Assembly (NCBI GenBank): GCA_951406725.2
Contig: OX597838.1
Coordinates: forward strand, 19,840,001 to 19,904,000
Direction of reading: 5' to 3'
Source: Octopus vulgaris
Lineage: Eukaryota
Length of the DNA stretch: 64,000 nt
Shown: positions 14,309 through 27,870 of the stretch, in pieces
How positions within the stretch are numbered: the stretch's first letter is position 1
How the letters are laid out: each line of letters opens with the position of its first letter
Translations under genes and position numbers: made by a program
Notes under the pieces: generated by a model
What the model was told of the DNA's origin: nothing
Databases searched by the model: none
The model's input: the letters and a program-made list of their open reading frames with translations, nothing else

Positions 14309-14590
14309 TACATACATATTTACACGACTGGCTTCTTTCAGTTTCTGTCTACCAAATCCACTCACAGGGCTTTGGTCGGCCCGAGGCTATAGTAGAAGAC
14401 ATTTGCCCAAGGTGCCATGCAGTGGGACTGAACCTGAAACCATGTGGCTGGTAAGCAAGCTACATACCACACAGCCCAATTGGAAACCTCCATTCCTGGA
14501 CATACCAGAAATTGTGGCTGCTTGTCTCCATGGGAACAGCACAAGAAGTTTTACGTGGTCTCTCAACCTTTTAGAAATAGCAGCCAAATT

Positions 14591-15006
14591 GGATCTTTTC
14601 GGTTTGAACGACAGTTTTTTAAAATAATTTCCACGTAACTAAACACTTTTAAACTTCGTTTACTGGTAGAATGTGTTTATAAAACATCTTTTTCTCTTGG
14701 CTTTATTGAGAAAATTCTATAGTTTGTGAGATATTTGTTGGGTTTTTTTCTTCAATTTCTGCAATTTCAACCAATCACTGACGTCTATTGAGGTAAAAAA
14801 AACATTGTGTCGTATGAATATGTCCCTCGTTTAAGAAACAGATTGGGTTTATTTACATTTGTGAAGAAAAAAAAGATACCCTCCCCCCCCCAACCCCAAC
14901 CCTAAAACAGATTGAAATGCAATAGATCGATACTAGGGTCATAATTATGGGTGACAATTTCATATGACACCGCTAGAAAAAACTGCCGTTCAAACCGAAA
15001 AGATCT
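14591..15006. mobile_element. GGATC-ended MITE, inverted copy of 7204-7621
   Basis: Same TIR and body in the opposite orientation; TSD GCCAAATT. Confidence 0.9.
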
Positions 15007-16858
15007 GCCAAATTTTTCTTAAACTCCCCATAAAAAAGAAATTTCTTAAAAAAAAAAAAAAGTCAAGATCCATTCCCCCCCCCCGCCTTGTTTCCTCCTC
15101 CTCCATCTCCTCTTCTCAACCACATCTTCCTAGATGTTCTGTAAACAATAAATGAACTTGGTTAATATCTAATCTTTCTCCATCTCCCACTCCTACAAAT
15201 CCCCTGCTCCTTCATCTAATCACACAATTTCCTGAGAAACCGTTTATTATTATTACCTTTTAAGAGCTCCCTTAATGACTGGTATTGTAAAATTATAGGA
15301 GGTTGGTGAGGTGAAGGGGGATCAAGCACCTTCTCGGCTCCCCCACCCCCTCCCCCACCCCCTCTTATTTTCCTGTTGAAATTATCCTATTACACTATCT
15401 CCTCTCACCAACCCCTCACTATTCATCCCCTCTTTTTTTTTCTTACTCCCACCCCCTCTCTTCTGCTTTTCCCTGCTGCTACCATTCAAGTGCTGCAGAA
15501 TTTACCATATTGTGTGAAAGAGGTCTGTCTGTCTGACTCCTTTCTCCTCTTCTCACACTCTCTCTTAATGTCAGGAAATGTTTTTCAATTTGAGAATTCA
15601 TTACATTTGACAGTTTTTGAAGAATACATCTTCCTCTCTTCAGCTGCCTTCTTTATTTCCTAATTTCACCCTCTCCCCCTCTCCCACCTCTCTTCTTTCA
15701 TCATTCCTTACACTATCTTGCTTTGCCTACACTTGCGCACCCTCACCTCTCCCCCTCATTTGACCCTTCTTCCCAGACAGACCCTAAAGCAAGATGGTGA
15801 GATCTTGTTACCCCATCTGCCCTCCTCTTTCTGCACCCTCAAACTTTTGGCATCTATCTGAAGATAAACTGCTTTTTTTTCTTTTTATTGTGTCTGGGGA
15901 GAGTCTTACTGTTTTAGTGCCTTATTAATTTAACAGGCACCCACCGGGTCTGATTTCCACTATTTTACTTTATTTTTACTAAAATTTTCGTTGCATTTTG
16001 CAACCTTTGAAATTAGTCGTTGATTCTGTCCATTATGGGAGCTGTGTTCTTTTTTTGTTTGTTTGTTTGTATGCATGTGCATCAGTGTGCATGCACATAT
16101 GTATGTATGTGTATGCATGTATGTGCGTGTATGCATATATATGTGTGTGCACATTTGTATGTATGTATTCTGCATATACATGTGCTTGTGTACTCTTTAC
16201 TCTTTGACTGTGGCCATGCTGGAGCACCACATTTAGTCGAACAAATCGACCCCAGGACTTATTCTTTGTAAGCCCAGTACTTATTCTATCGGTCTCTTTT
16301 GCCAAACCGCTAAGTTACTGGGACGTAAACGCACCAGCATCAGTTGTCAAGCAATGTTGGGGGGACAAACACAGACACACAAACATACACACACACATAT
16401 ATACGACAGGCTTCTTTCAGTTTCCGCTTACCAAATCCACTTACAAGCCTTTGGTCGGCCCGAGGCTATAGTAGAAGACACTGGCCCAAGGTGCCACGCA
16501 GTGGGACTGAACCCGGAACTATGTGGTTGGTAAGCAAGCTGCTTACCACACAGCCACTCTTACGCCTATCACATGTGTATTCATGTGTGTGTGTTTGTGT
16601 TCATGTTTGTATGTATGTATGTGTGTGTATCTATCTCTGTCTCCTTGTGTATGCATGTTTGTGTGTGTCTGTGTATGAGTTTGTGTGACTATATAAACTG
16701 TGAGTATTGGGGTATGACACTTATGTATATTTCCTATTTAGTTCTGTGATTGCTGACATCTCTCACTTGCAACTGCTTCCTATTCCTTGATATAAAAAAA
16801 TGACACCCCCCACACACACACACACATCTCTGCACCCTTTTAGGTCTAACAAGTTCAG

Positions 16859-17415
16859 TAGTATTTATCTCCACTTAAACACAGATGTTCTGCTACAACA
16901 AACTTTACTGCAGTATTTATCATGAGAAAAACTCTCTATTTGGCATTTTGTTGCAAAATGACCTCATTTATATTGCTAGCAGGGAGATAAATCCCTGCCA
17001 CCTCCAGCACCAAGACCACCAGATCACATGGTTTCAACCTTTGGTCTCATCAGTGATGGATGTTCAACCACTAGAGATAGCAGCGACTCATCTCCCTGCC
17101 AGTGATATATAGAATAACAGTACCAAAACATGCACTGGTGTCATGGTTAGCCAGTGAGCTTGTTGGAAAATATATATTAGTGACTAAAGCCATATTAATA
17201 CTAAGAAGTAATATTTATCCCCACTTAAATGTGGATGTTCTATTAGAACAAACTATACTGTGGTAGTTACCATGAGAAAACTCTTATATCAGCCTTTGGT
17301 GCAAAATGCACTCCTGTTAATATTGCTAGCAGAGAGATAAATCTCTGCCATCTCCAGCACTGAGACCACCTGATCTAGTGATTTCGACCTTCCTCGATCT
17401 TATCAGTGATGGATG
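16859..17415 (-). mobile_element. Diverged tandem repeat (period ~350 nt) with two degenerate hammerhead motifs; retrozyme/Penelope-like
   Basis: 16859-17062 is repeated at ~17208-17415. Minus-strand motifs: CUGAUGA-GACCaaaGGUU-GAAA (17022-17057) and CUGAUAA-GAUCgaggaaGGUC-GAAA (17372-17410). Confidence 0.5.
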
Positions 17416-20400
17416 AATCTAACAAGCTTTTAGATGAATATCTGTAGCTGCAAGGAGTGGCATTTGGAAACCAACATGCGTAATTTATCTGGAATACGGT
17501 ACGTTGTTATCATCATCATCAGTTAACATCCCTTGTCCATGCTGGCATGTGTTGGACAGTTTGACCAGAGCTGGCAAGCTGGGGAGTCGCACTAGACCCC
17601 ATTCTGGTTTGGCATGGTTTCCACAGCAACAAGGATGGTGCCACATATAAAGCACTCAGTGCACTCTGTAGAGTAGTTGGCATTAAGAAGGGCATCCAGC
17701 TGTAGAAACCATACCAGAACAGACAATGGAGCCTGGTACAGCCTCTGGCCTTACCAGCTCGGGTTCAAACCATCCAGCCCCTACCAGTATGGAAAATGGA
17801 GGTTAAATAATAAAGTTGAAGAGGAGAGTTTTCTGTGTCTGTAGAAGCTAAATTTGTCTAAGCACACAATTGATAGCAGATACTTGCTACTGATGATGTG
17901 CGAAGACACAGAAATCATGATTCAGCAATTCCACCATGGTTGATAGACTTCTGCCAGGGATGTGTCGCCTGGGTAGGCAAAGTAGGCAGTGCCTACCCTG
18001 AATGAAACAGATCGATAGTAGCGTTTTCCTTTTATGGCAAAATATGCACCTAATTCAATAAAATTATGTAGGTTACTCTGATTATTATGCATAAAATGCA
18101 AAATATTTTATTTTTTTGTAGATTAGGTAGACATAATTTGCCCCTGCCTTTCAATATCAGCATTTAAGCTATGCATAGTACTGCTGTAGTACACATGCTG
18201 CGTACACTCCTACAACAATGTTTTCTTTACGTGTTATAAAGGCAGAAGTAAATCTGCTTCCAACTCAGTCACACACCTATGTTTCGCTTATTTTTTTGTG
18301 CTGGTGGCATGTGATCAAAACATTCAAGCAAGGTCGTTGCCAGTGCTGCTGGACTGGCTCCTATGCAGGTGGTACATAAAAAGCACCATTTGAGTGTTGC
18401 CGTTGTCAGTACCACCTGACTGGCCCTCATGCCGGTGGCACGTAAAAGCACCTACTACACTCTCGGAGTGGTTGGCATTAGGAAGGGCATCCGGCTGTAG
18501 AAACTCACCATGTCACCAACTGCTTACCCTGAGTAATTACTCATGGCATGTGCCTGACGTCTGCACTTTTTTAGTGAAATACATCTATACAAGAAGCTTT
18601 CAATAGTATATCGATGTGAAGATATAAAGAAGAACCTACACTGCTTCTGTTGCTAATAGGCACAGGAGTGACTGTGTTGTAAGAAGCTTGCTTCCCAACC
18701 ACATAGTGCTGGGTTCAGTCCCACTGCATGGCACTTTGGACAAGTGTTCTTGGGCCAACCAAAGCCTTGTAAGTGGATTTGATTGATGGAAACTGAAAGA
18801 AGCCCATCATATATGTATATATATATATATATGTGTGTGTGTCTTTGTGGTCTCTGTCCCCCACCACTGCTGTTTGACAACCAGTGTTGGTGTGCTTACA
18901 TCCCCATAACTTAGCAGTTCAGCAAAAGAGAATCAATAGAATAAGTACCAGGCTTCATAGAATGATAAGTACTGGGGTTGATCTATTCGACTAGAAATTT
19001 TTCAAGGCGGTGCCCCAGCATGGCCACAGTGTAATGTCTGAAACCAGTAAAAGAATAACGAATGTGTGTGTGCATGCATGTATGTGTACATGCATGTGTG
19101 TACATGTGTATGCATGTATATGTGTACACGCATGTGTGTGCGTGTGTGTGCACGCATGTATGTGTTCCTTTTTCTACCACTGACATAATATATATCATTG
19201 CTCAAAGTTTTGTCTGTCCTGATTTCTTTCCTTGAAAGTCTTTTCCATTTTTTTCTCCTTTTTTTTTTCTTTCTGCTGACATGACATTACCCTCACCCCC
19301 CCCTCTTCTGCTTCTTCCATTCATTCTCTTGAGTCACTCTGTAATTGAGAGTACTGTTGGAAAGAGTACACTGGTGGGGTACTTGTCTGTTAACAGGTTT
19401 ACCTCCTCTTCCTTATTCCCTAATGGCACCACTTCGTTCTTCATTCTTCTCGTGTTGCACTTAATTTCTGCTGCCTCCGCCGCCTCGTCCCAGACATTTG
19501 TGAGATATTTCTTCAAATTTCACACTGCTGACCTCAAGAACGGGTTTGCATGGAGCAGGAGTAAGCAAGCTAGGCGGAATCAGGAGGGACTTAGATGACT
19601 AAATAGTTTTAAAAACTCTGTAATTTCCTGTGATAAATTTTTACCATCTCGTGTTTCCATAGATTTTTTTTACATTTTGTGAGGTCCCCACCCATGTTTC
19701 AAGTTGGGTATTTTTTTTTATACTTTTTTTTTTTGGAATACCAAGTGTGGGGGAGGGGAGACCCTCAAATATTTTTTTAAAATATAACCTTATCCTGGAA
19801 TGTTGGAAAACTGATTTTATATTCTTTTATTCTTTTACTAGTTTCAGTAATTTGACTGCAGCCATGCTGGAGCACCGCCTTTAGTCAAACAAATCGACGC
19901 CAGGTCTTATTCTTTGTAAGCCTAGTACTTATTCTGTCGGCCTTTTTTGCTGAACTGCTAAGTTATGGGGGGGACGTAAACACCAACATCAGTTGTCAAA
20001 CAATGGTGGGGGGACAAACACAGACTCCAATCTGATCTGGCAGAGTTTCTACAGCCGGATGCCCTTCCTAATGCCAACCACTCCAAGAGTGTAGTGGGAG
20101 CTTTTACGTGCCACCGGCCCTCGTGCCAGTCAGGTGGTACTGGCAATGGCCACACTCAAATGGTGCTTTTTATGTGCCACCTGCACAGGAGCCAGTCCAG
20201 CGGCACTGGCAACGACCTTACTTGAATGTTTTTTCACATGCCACCAGCACAAGTGCCAGTAAAGCAACGCAGGTAACGATCATGCTCGAATGGTGTTTTT
20301 AACGTGTCATTGGCACGGAGACCAGCTTGTTGGTCTGGCAACAATCACGCTCATATGGTACTCTTAGCGCTCCACCAGCACGGATGCCAGTCATCGAATT

Positions 20401-21579
20401 TTCAAATTCTGCTGAGGTCTACTTTGCTTTTCATCCTTTTGGGGTTGATAAATTAAGTACCCATGAAACACTGGGGTCAGTGTAATCAACTAGTCGCCTC
20501 GCCGCAATTTGAGGCCTTATGTCTCCAGTAGAAAGAATTGCTGTTGTTATTATTATTATGATTATTATTATTATTATTATTATTATCAAGGTAACAAGCT
20601 GGCAGGATCATTAGCACGCTTGATGAAATGCTTAGTGGTATTTTACCAGTCACTACGCTCTGAGTTCAAATTCCACTGAGGTCGCCTTTGCCTTTCATCT
20701 TTTCAGGGTCAGTAAAATATGTACCAGTTGAACACTGGGTGTCAATGAAATCAGCTCATCCCCCACCCCCCAAACTGGTGCCCTTGTGGCAAAATTCGAA
20801 ACCATTATTATTGTTTGTATTATTATTATTATTATTTGTACATTAATGAGATCAGATAAATCTAATCACAGAAAAGTAACATTTCAAATCAGTCTAAAAA
20901 TATTTCTATGTTTATTCATTTTGGTGTGGAGGCGCGTGGCTTAGTGGTTAGGGTGTTGAACTCATGATCGTATGGTTGTGGTTTCGATTCCTAGACCAGG
21001 CAACGTGTTGTGTTCTTGAGCAAAACTCTTCAATTTCACGTTGCTCCAGTCCACTCAGCTGGCAAAAGTGAGTAATCCTGCAACGGACCAGCATCCCGTC
21101 CAGGTGGGGAATTTCTAAGCCACTGAAACCAGGAAACCTGGCATGGCTCGAGAAGGAACTTTTTTTTTTATTCATTTTGGTGATGAAGTTTCTCAGCAGG
21201 ATGTTGAAAGCATTTACATTGCACCCCCACCTCACTCCTTACACCCCATTCCTGAGTCTATATTTTGGTCATACACATGTGCAGTGACGTGCTGATTTTG
21301 TCTGGGGATTACTTTAAGGTAACCATGCATCTGTGAAGCACTCAGCCATTTACATGCTAATTCTATAAGTAGGTAGTTCAGTTGATTGAATAATTGGAAT
21401 ATTGATCATTGAAACCAATGGATGACTATTTACGTTTTTTTTTTAGATGTGTAAAATTTTAAACTTTTTACATCAATTTTGTTCTGATTTAGGATTACTT
21501 TAAACACTAGTCCAGTAGATCTAATATTCCAAACTGTTGCCCAATAGACCTGGTTCTGTAAACTAACCCTGTCGGCCTG

Positions 21580-22510
21580 ATATTTTAAGCATTATCACAA
21601 TATACCCAGTATTTTAAGCATTATCACAATACACCCAGTATTTTAAACATCTTCCAATATACCCAGTATTTTAAGCATTATCCCAATATACCCAGTATTT
21701 TAAGCATTATCACAATATACCCAGTATTTTAAGCATTACCACAATACACCCAGTATTTTAAGTATTATCACAATATACCCAGTATTTTAAACATCTTCCA
21801 ATATACCCTGTATTTTAAGCATTATTACAATATACCCAGTATTTTAAGCATTATCACAATATACCCAGTATTTTGGGATGGAAGCACTCCGTCGGTTCCG
21901 ACGACGAGGGTTCCGGTTGATCCGAATCAACGGAACAGCCTGCTCGTGAAATTAACGTGTAAGTGGCTGAGCACTCCACAGACACGTGCCCCCTTAACGT
22001 AGTTCTCGGGGATATTCAGCGTGACACAGAGAGTGACAAGGCCGGCCCTTTGAAATACAGGTACAACAGAAACAGGAAGTAAGAGTGAGAGAAAGTTGTG
22101 GTGAAAGAGTACAGCAGGGATCACCACCATCCCCTGCCGGAGCGTCGTGGAGCTTTTAGGTGTTTTCGCTCAATAAACACTCACAATGCCCGGTCTGGGA
22201 ATCGAAACCGCGATCCTACGACCGCGAGTCCGCTGCCCTAACCACTGGGCCATTGCGCCTCCACTCCCGGTATTTTAAGCATTATCACAATATACCCAGT
22301 ATTCTAAACGTTTTTGCAATACACCCAGTATTTTAAACATCTTCACAATACACCCAGTATTTTAAGCATTATCACAATATGCCCAATATTTTAAGCATTA
22401 TCACAATACACCCAGTATTTTAAGCATTCTCTCAATATACCTAGTACTTTAAATATCCCAATGTACCTAATATTTTAATGATTATCTCTATACACCTAGT
22501 ATTTTAAACA
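21580..22510. repeat. 29-bp minisatellite (CAGTATTTTAAGCATTATCACAATATACC)n
   Basis: About 10 units before and about 8 units after the SINE insertion. Confidence 0.95.
21876..22264 (-). mobile_element. Young tRNA(Arg)-derived SINE inserted in a 29-bp satellite
   Basis: Reverse complement of 58129-58518, with CpGs retained. Confidence 0.85.
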
Positions 22511-23052
22511 TGTCTAGAGGTGCTAGCATTTTAAACCAGAGATTAACAGGATGAATGTTTTGAACAGCTTTGCCCCAACATATAATATAGTTTCTTGAAA
22601 AGTACAACAACAATTGTAAAAAAAGGAAAGGGAAAAAGAAGAAAGGAAAAAAAAAAAGAACATTAGTTGATAGGAATGATGGCTTTAACACAATTCCTCT
22701 GCAGAATGCTTCTCTCCTCGCTTCAAACAGATTTGAAGATAGGTGAAAGAAAAGAGAGTATGGTGAACCAAAAATAACTCCTGTTCCTCCTCAGATGTTG
22801 TTCCTAGAAACGTGTAACTGGATCTAAAGGTGGAAGAAAAATCAATTTTCTTTCAACTGAATTCAAGAATTTGGCAGGAAATCTTTAAGGAAAAGAACAA
22901 AAACGAAAACGAAAAAATAAATGTGTAACCAAAAAAAAGAAAAAAATATATATATATACAAGTGTAAAGCTAGAACTTAAAAGTCTGAATATTGGAACAA
23001 TTAACTTGCTGGAATTAGATGTATCTTACTACATTACCTCAGGCTAATGATG

Positions 23053-23083
<31 letters not shown>

Positions 23084-23363
23084 TAATAATAATAATAAGG
23101 GTTTTTTTCCTCTCTTCTTGATTCTTTTATCTGGGTTTTCTTTCATCTGTTTTCTTATTCTCTTCTTTTGGTTAACAGTGTGTATGCACACATGTATGTT
23201 TATGTGTGTGTGTGTGTGCATTTATGATTCTGTATATGTGTGTGTTTGTGAGTGTGTGTATGTAAATATGTATGTGGCCTGTACCTCATTATCTTATTTC
23301 ATTACACAGCTCTGCAGTTTTTCATGTTTGTAATATCTGAAGTAGAAAACTAATAATCATTAA

Positions 23364-23385
23364 GTGTGTGTGTGAGTATGTGTTG

Positions 23386-23420
<35 letters not shown>

Positions 23421-23748
23421 TGTATGTGTGTGTGTACACATGCATTTGTGTGTGTGTGTGTGTGTGTGTGTGTTGTACTTGTATCTGTATGTATATGTGT
23501 GTATGTTGTACCTGTTCATGTGTGTTGTACATGTGTGTGTGTGTGTGTGTGTGTGTTGTACTTGTATCTGTATGTATATGTGTGTATGTTGTACCTGTTC
23601 ATGTGTGTTGTACATGTGTGTGTGAGAGTTTGTGTGTGTTACACATGCATTTGTGTGTGTGTGTGTGTGTGTGTTGTACTTGTATCTGTATGTATGTGTG
23701 TATGTTGTACCTGTGTGTATGTGTTGTACATGTGTGTGTGTGCATGTG

Positions 23749-23779
<31 letters not shown>

Positions 23780-23940
23780 GTACTTGTATCTGTATGTATA
23801 TGTGTGTATGTTGTATGCATTCATGTGTGTTGTACATGTGTTATACGTGTGTATGTGTGTTGTACGTGTTTGTGTGTGTCATCTACTGTATGTGAGTTAT
23901 ATTTGTGCGTGTGTGTGTTGTATATGTGTCTGTGTGTGTT
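23364..23940. repeat. (TG)n-based higher-order repeat
   Basis: Recurring TGTTGTACTTGTATCTGTATGTATATGTGTGTATGTTGTACC units. Confidence 0.9.
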
Positions 23941-24576
23941 GGCAGCAGCAGCACTCAAGTAGGGTCTCAGAAACTCATTGAGAGCAAGTCATGAACTTGG
24001 AAGAGTGTTGATAATATCTCAATGTTGAGCCACTTTAAAACACTTAAAGGTTCCCTGGCATTAATGGTGTATCAGCAAAAATATTCAACATGATAGATGC
24101 AGGTGTAGGTGGATGGTAGGAAGTTTGCTTCCCAACCACATGGTTCCAGGTTCAGTCCCACTGCATGGCACCTTGGGCAAGCACCACCTGCTATTGCCCT
24201 GGGCTCATCGAAACCATACAAGTAGATTTGATAGATGGAAACTGAAAGAAAGCCAATAAATATATATATATATATATATATCACCGTCACTGACCAGGCT
24301 ATCAGATGTTGCTACACATCGCTGGTCACAATGCGCTTTGCATTGTTTTAGCCTCCAAATGACGCCACCCCGCTGGCTAAGCGAGCAGGCCAACAGAAGA
24401 AAGAGTGAGAGAGAGTTGTGGCAAAAGTGTACAGCAGGGATCGACCCTCCCCCCCCCCCAACACCTGCCGGAGCCTCGTGGAGTTTTAGGTGTTTTGGCT
24501 CAATAAACACTCACAACGCCCGGTCTGGGAATCGAAACCGCAAGTCCACTGCCCTAACCACTGGGCCATTGCACCT

Positions 24577-24611
<35 letters not shown>

Positions 24612-24651
24612 TATATATAATCAAAATAAGCAACAAGGATATCCGGAGGTA

Positions 24652-24741
24652 ATGCAGTACGATCGTTTCATGCGCCTCCATTTAATTGAACAATGCAAAT
24701 ATTACATCAGTTTTAAAATGTAGGGCAATCTTCAGCTGCAT
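24652..24741 (-). ncRNA. Type I hammerhead ribozyme fold with long stem II
   Basis: Minus strand: AUGCAG-[CUGAAGA]-long imperfect stem II-[GAAA]-CGAUCG-[UA]|CUGCAU. Canonical core, 6-bp stem I, palindromic stem III. Confidence 0.7.
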
Positions 24742-24879
24742 AAAAATATAGAATTTAGTTAAATTCAAAGAATTCATTTGTATAGTTATTCTATTAACCA
24801 AAATCACAAAGAGGATAATTAGACAGACAAATAACATGTTTCATCAACAGCATCATAGTAGTAACTGATATTTTATCGG

Positions 24880-25515
24880 TTACTAGTTCATCTAGCCTTG
24901 AGAGGATATTGTGCATGATCTGCTTATCTACTGACAGAAGTTTCAGATCATCCATAAAGGCTTTTTTCGGTGATTGTATATGGGCCATTTGTTCCAAGAA
25001 GTTTGTCACTTTCAAAATAATCTCCACGATTAAAGTTATTATGTGACAGATATTGTGCAGCCAGCTGCAATGCCAATCTCCAAGCGGTGCCAATCTGTTG
25101 TAAAGTCACCAGATGTAAATCTCATCTCAAGACTGTCGTAAATATCTTCATTGATTTTGTTACTTCCTCAGAAATGTAGAAGTGGTCCATGGCTCTCATC
25201 AGCAATTTGTGTGGCACTGTATTAGCTCATATCCAAAATTTTGTTCTGTTTGGCATCCTGGAACACTTTCCAAACTGAAAACCAATGCTCAATACATCCA
25301 AGGATTCTGGCCTTTTGAACAGATTCATCCACATATCCATTACCCTGTAGATATGACACTGATCTTCTTGAGAGAATGACCATAAAGATCTTGCCATCCA
25401 CATTTAATAAGGATGTCAGCCTAAACTGTTTTATAGTCTCTGCATTGGCTTCCTTTGGCAAGTATATTCCTTCTGCCTTACACCAATCCTCTACTAGAGT
25501 CTCTTCGTGCCACAG
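24880..25515 (-). mobile_element. Reverse-transcriptase fragment of an RLE-type (Hero-like) non-LTR retrotransposon
   Basis: Decayed frames: FRLTSLLNVDGKIF, GYVDESVQKA..GCIEH, VPHKLL, TTDWHRLEIGIAAGCTIS, KAFMDDL. Confidence 0.8.
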
Positions 25516-25623
25516 ATATCAGAACCGCTAAGTTATAGGGACATAAACACACCAGCATCGGTTGTCACGTGACTGCATGGGTGTGGAGGACAAACATGGA
25601 CACACATAAATACATACATACAT

Positions 25624-25665
<42 letters not shown>

Positions 25666-25669
25666 TATA

Positions 25670-25704
<35 letters not shown>

Positions 25705-25904
25705 GTATATATATCACAACGGGCTTCTTTCAGTTTCCATCTACCAAATCCACTCACAAGGTTTTGGTTCAGTCCGAGGCTATAATAGAAGACATTTGCC
25801 CAAAGCGCCACACAGTGTGACTGAACCCAGAACCATGCAGTTGAGAAACAAGCTTCTTACCACATAGCCACGACTGAACCTATACACACACACACACACA
25901 CAAA

Positions 25905-27167
25905 TGGGTCATCCCATAATGCGTTTTTTTTTCCAATTGCATGAACTAAAAGTTGGAGGGGGATAGGATAAACTACATGCATCAACTTGCTATAAAAGCA
26001 TGTAGTAAATTTACCTTGTACTTATTCTTAGTGCAAGTTTTGAAGAGTGCAGTTCGAATTTCACAGTTATTTTTTCAAAGCTATAATGGAATTGACAAAG
26101 GAGCATATTCAGCATATTTTGCTTTATGAATTCTATAAAGGCAACAACGCAACAGAAAATGTGAGGAATATTAATGCAGTATATGGGGATCGGACAATAA
26201 GTATAAGCCAGTGTCGTTGTTCTAGAAATTTCAAACCGGAAACTACAACCTAGAAGATGACCCCCATCCTGGAAGATCTGTAGAGTTCAACAAGGATGTC
26301 CTGCAAACCCTGGTGGAACAAAATCCCATTGTAAATATTGATGAACTAGCAGAGAAGCTTGGATTTGGTCAGTCAACCATTCATTGACATCTGTGTATCA
26401 TTAAAAGAGTCAGCAAATTGGGTCAATGTGTTCCTCACAAACTTACCGAGTCTCATCATGCGCAGAGAGTGTATGTGTGCTCTTCTTTGCTGTCACATCT
26501 CACGAAGGAACCTTTTTTTGGACTGAATAGTGACTGGTGACAAGAAATGGGTTCTCTATAAAAATGTCAAGCACCGAAGACAGTGGGTAGGGAAAGGGGA
26601 AACATCGGTGCTCCAGACTAAAGAAGGTCTTCACCCAGTAAGTTGTTGTCTGTTTGGTGAGATCTGAAAGGTTTAGTCCTCTGAACTTTTAAACACAAAC
26701 CAAACAATAACAAAGGAGATCTACTGTGAGCAGCTTAAGTCAACACGAGAAGAAAAAATGACCATCTTTGGTTTCAAGACGAAAGGTGTTCTTCCATCGG
26801 GATAATGCTCAGTCACATACAGCAAGGATGACATTCCAAAGGCTGGAGCAGTTTGAATGGGAAACAATGCCCCACCCACGATATTTGCCAGACATTGCTT
26901 CATCTGATTGTTACTTATTCCGCAATCTTCAAAATCATTTGGACCAGAAAAAATATGAATTCTGTAGATGAAGTCAGAACAGTACTGGAGGAGTGTTTTT
27001 TGTCACAGACAAGTGAATTTTGGAAGTGGGTCCTTTGCAAGTCTACCAGATAGATGGAAGAGCATTGTAGAAAATGAAGGAAAGTATATTTTAGATTAAA
27101 AAAGAACTTTATCTTAATTTTTAAAAATAAAAGTAGTATTAAAAAAATTCACATTATTTATAGGATG

Positions 27168-27172
<5 letters not shown>
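25905..27172 (+). mobile_element. Full-length decayed mariner (DD34D) transposon
   Basis: TIRs GGGTCATCCCATAA / TTATAGGATGACCC. Frameshifted transposase from ATG 26086 (MELTKEHIQHILLYEF) with VPHKL, IVTGDKKWV, FHRDNAQSH and HPRYLPDIASSD motifs. Confidence 0.92.
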
Positions 27173-27208
<36 letters not shown>

Positions 27209-27440
27209 GGGTTTGTATGATTGTGTATAGAGGGACACAACCTGGGACATTGAAGACTGCATTAATGCAAGAAAGTATACTAGTCCCCTAATATTTTATA
27301 TTCACTATTTCATCTATTCAATAAGACAATTAATACTTCATTTCATTTTACCATGTATACTATTTATACTATATATTCTATATTAATATTATAAAGAACA
27401 TAAATAAAACATAAAAAACAGAGTTGGAATTCCTTTGAAA

Positions 27441-27471
<31 letters not shown>

Positions 27472-27556
27472 GTTCAAATTTACAGAAAAAAACAAAGACA
27501 GGTGTAGGAACAAGCAGGTGTATTAGTTTAATGATTGGTGGGGAAAAATGGAAAAG

Positions 27557-27599
<43 letters not shown>

Positions 27600-27615
27600 A
27601 ACAGACACGCACACG

Positions 27616-27659
<44 letters not shown>

Positions 27660-27698
27660 TATATGTATATATATAGTACTTTTATATTGCCAGCTTAG

Positions 27699-27730
<32 letters not shown>

Positions 27731-27827
27731 TATTATTTTTTCTTTTTGTTACTTAAAAAAAACATGCAGGAAGGGGGGTGTCATGGCTGGAACACCACTG
27801 TATATCTATGTGTGTGTATATAAATAT

Positions 27828-27870
<43 letters not shown>

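Noticed and set aside
19526-19543. ADLKNG hexapeptide identical to part of LIX1L exon 2
   Set aside because: The flanks show no similarity, and one 6-aa match in a six-frame 64-kb translation is plausible by chance.
21580-22510. 29-bp repeats as a possible CRISPR array
   Set aside because: The units are head-to-tail with no unique spacers, the context is eukaryotic, and there are no cas genes.
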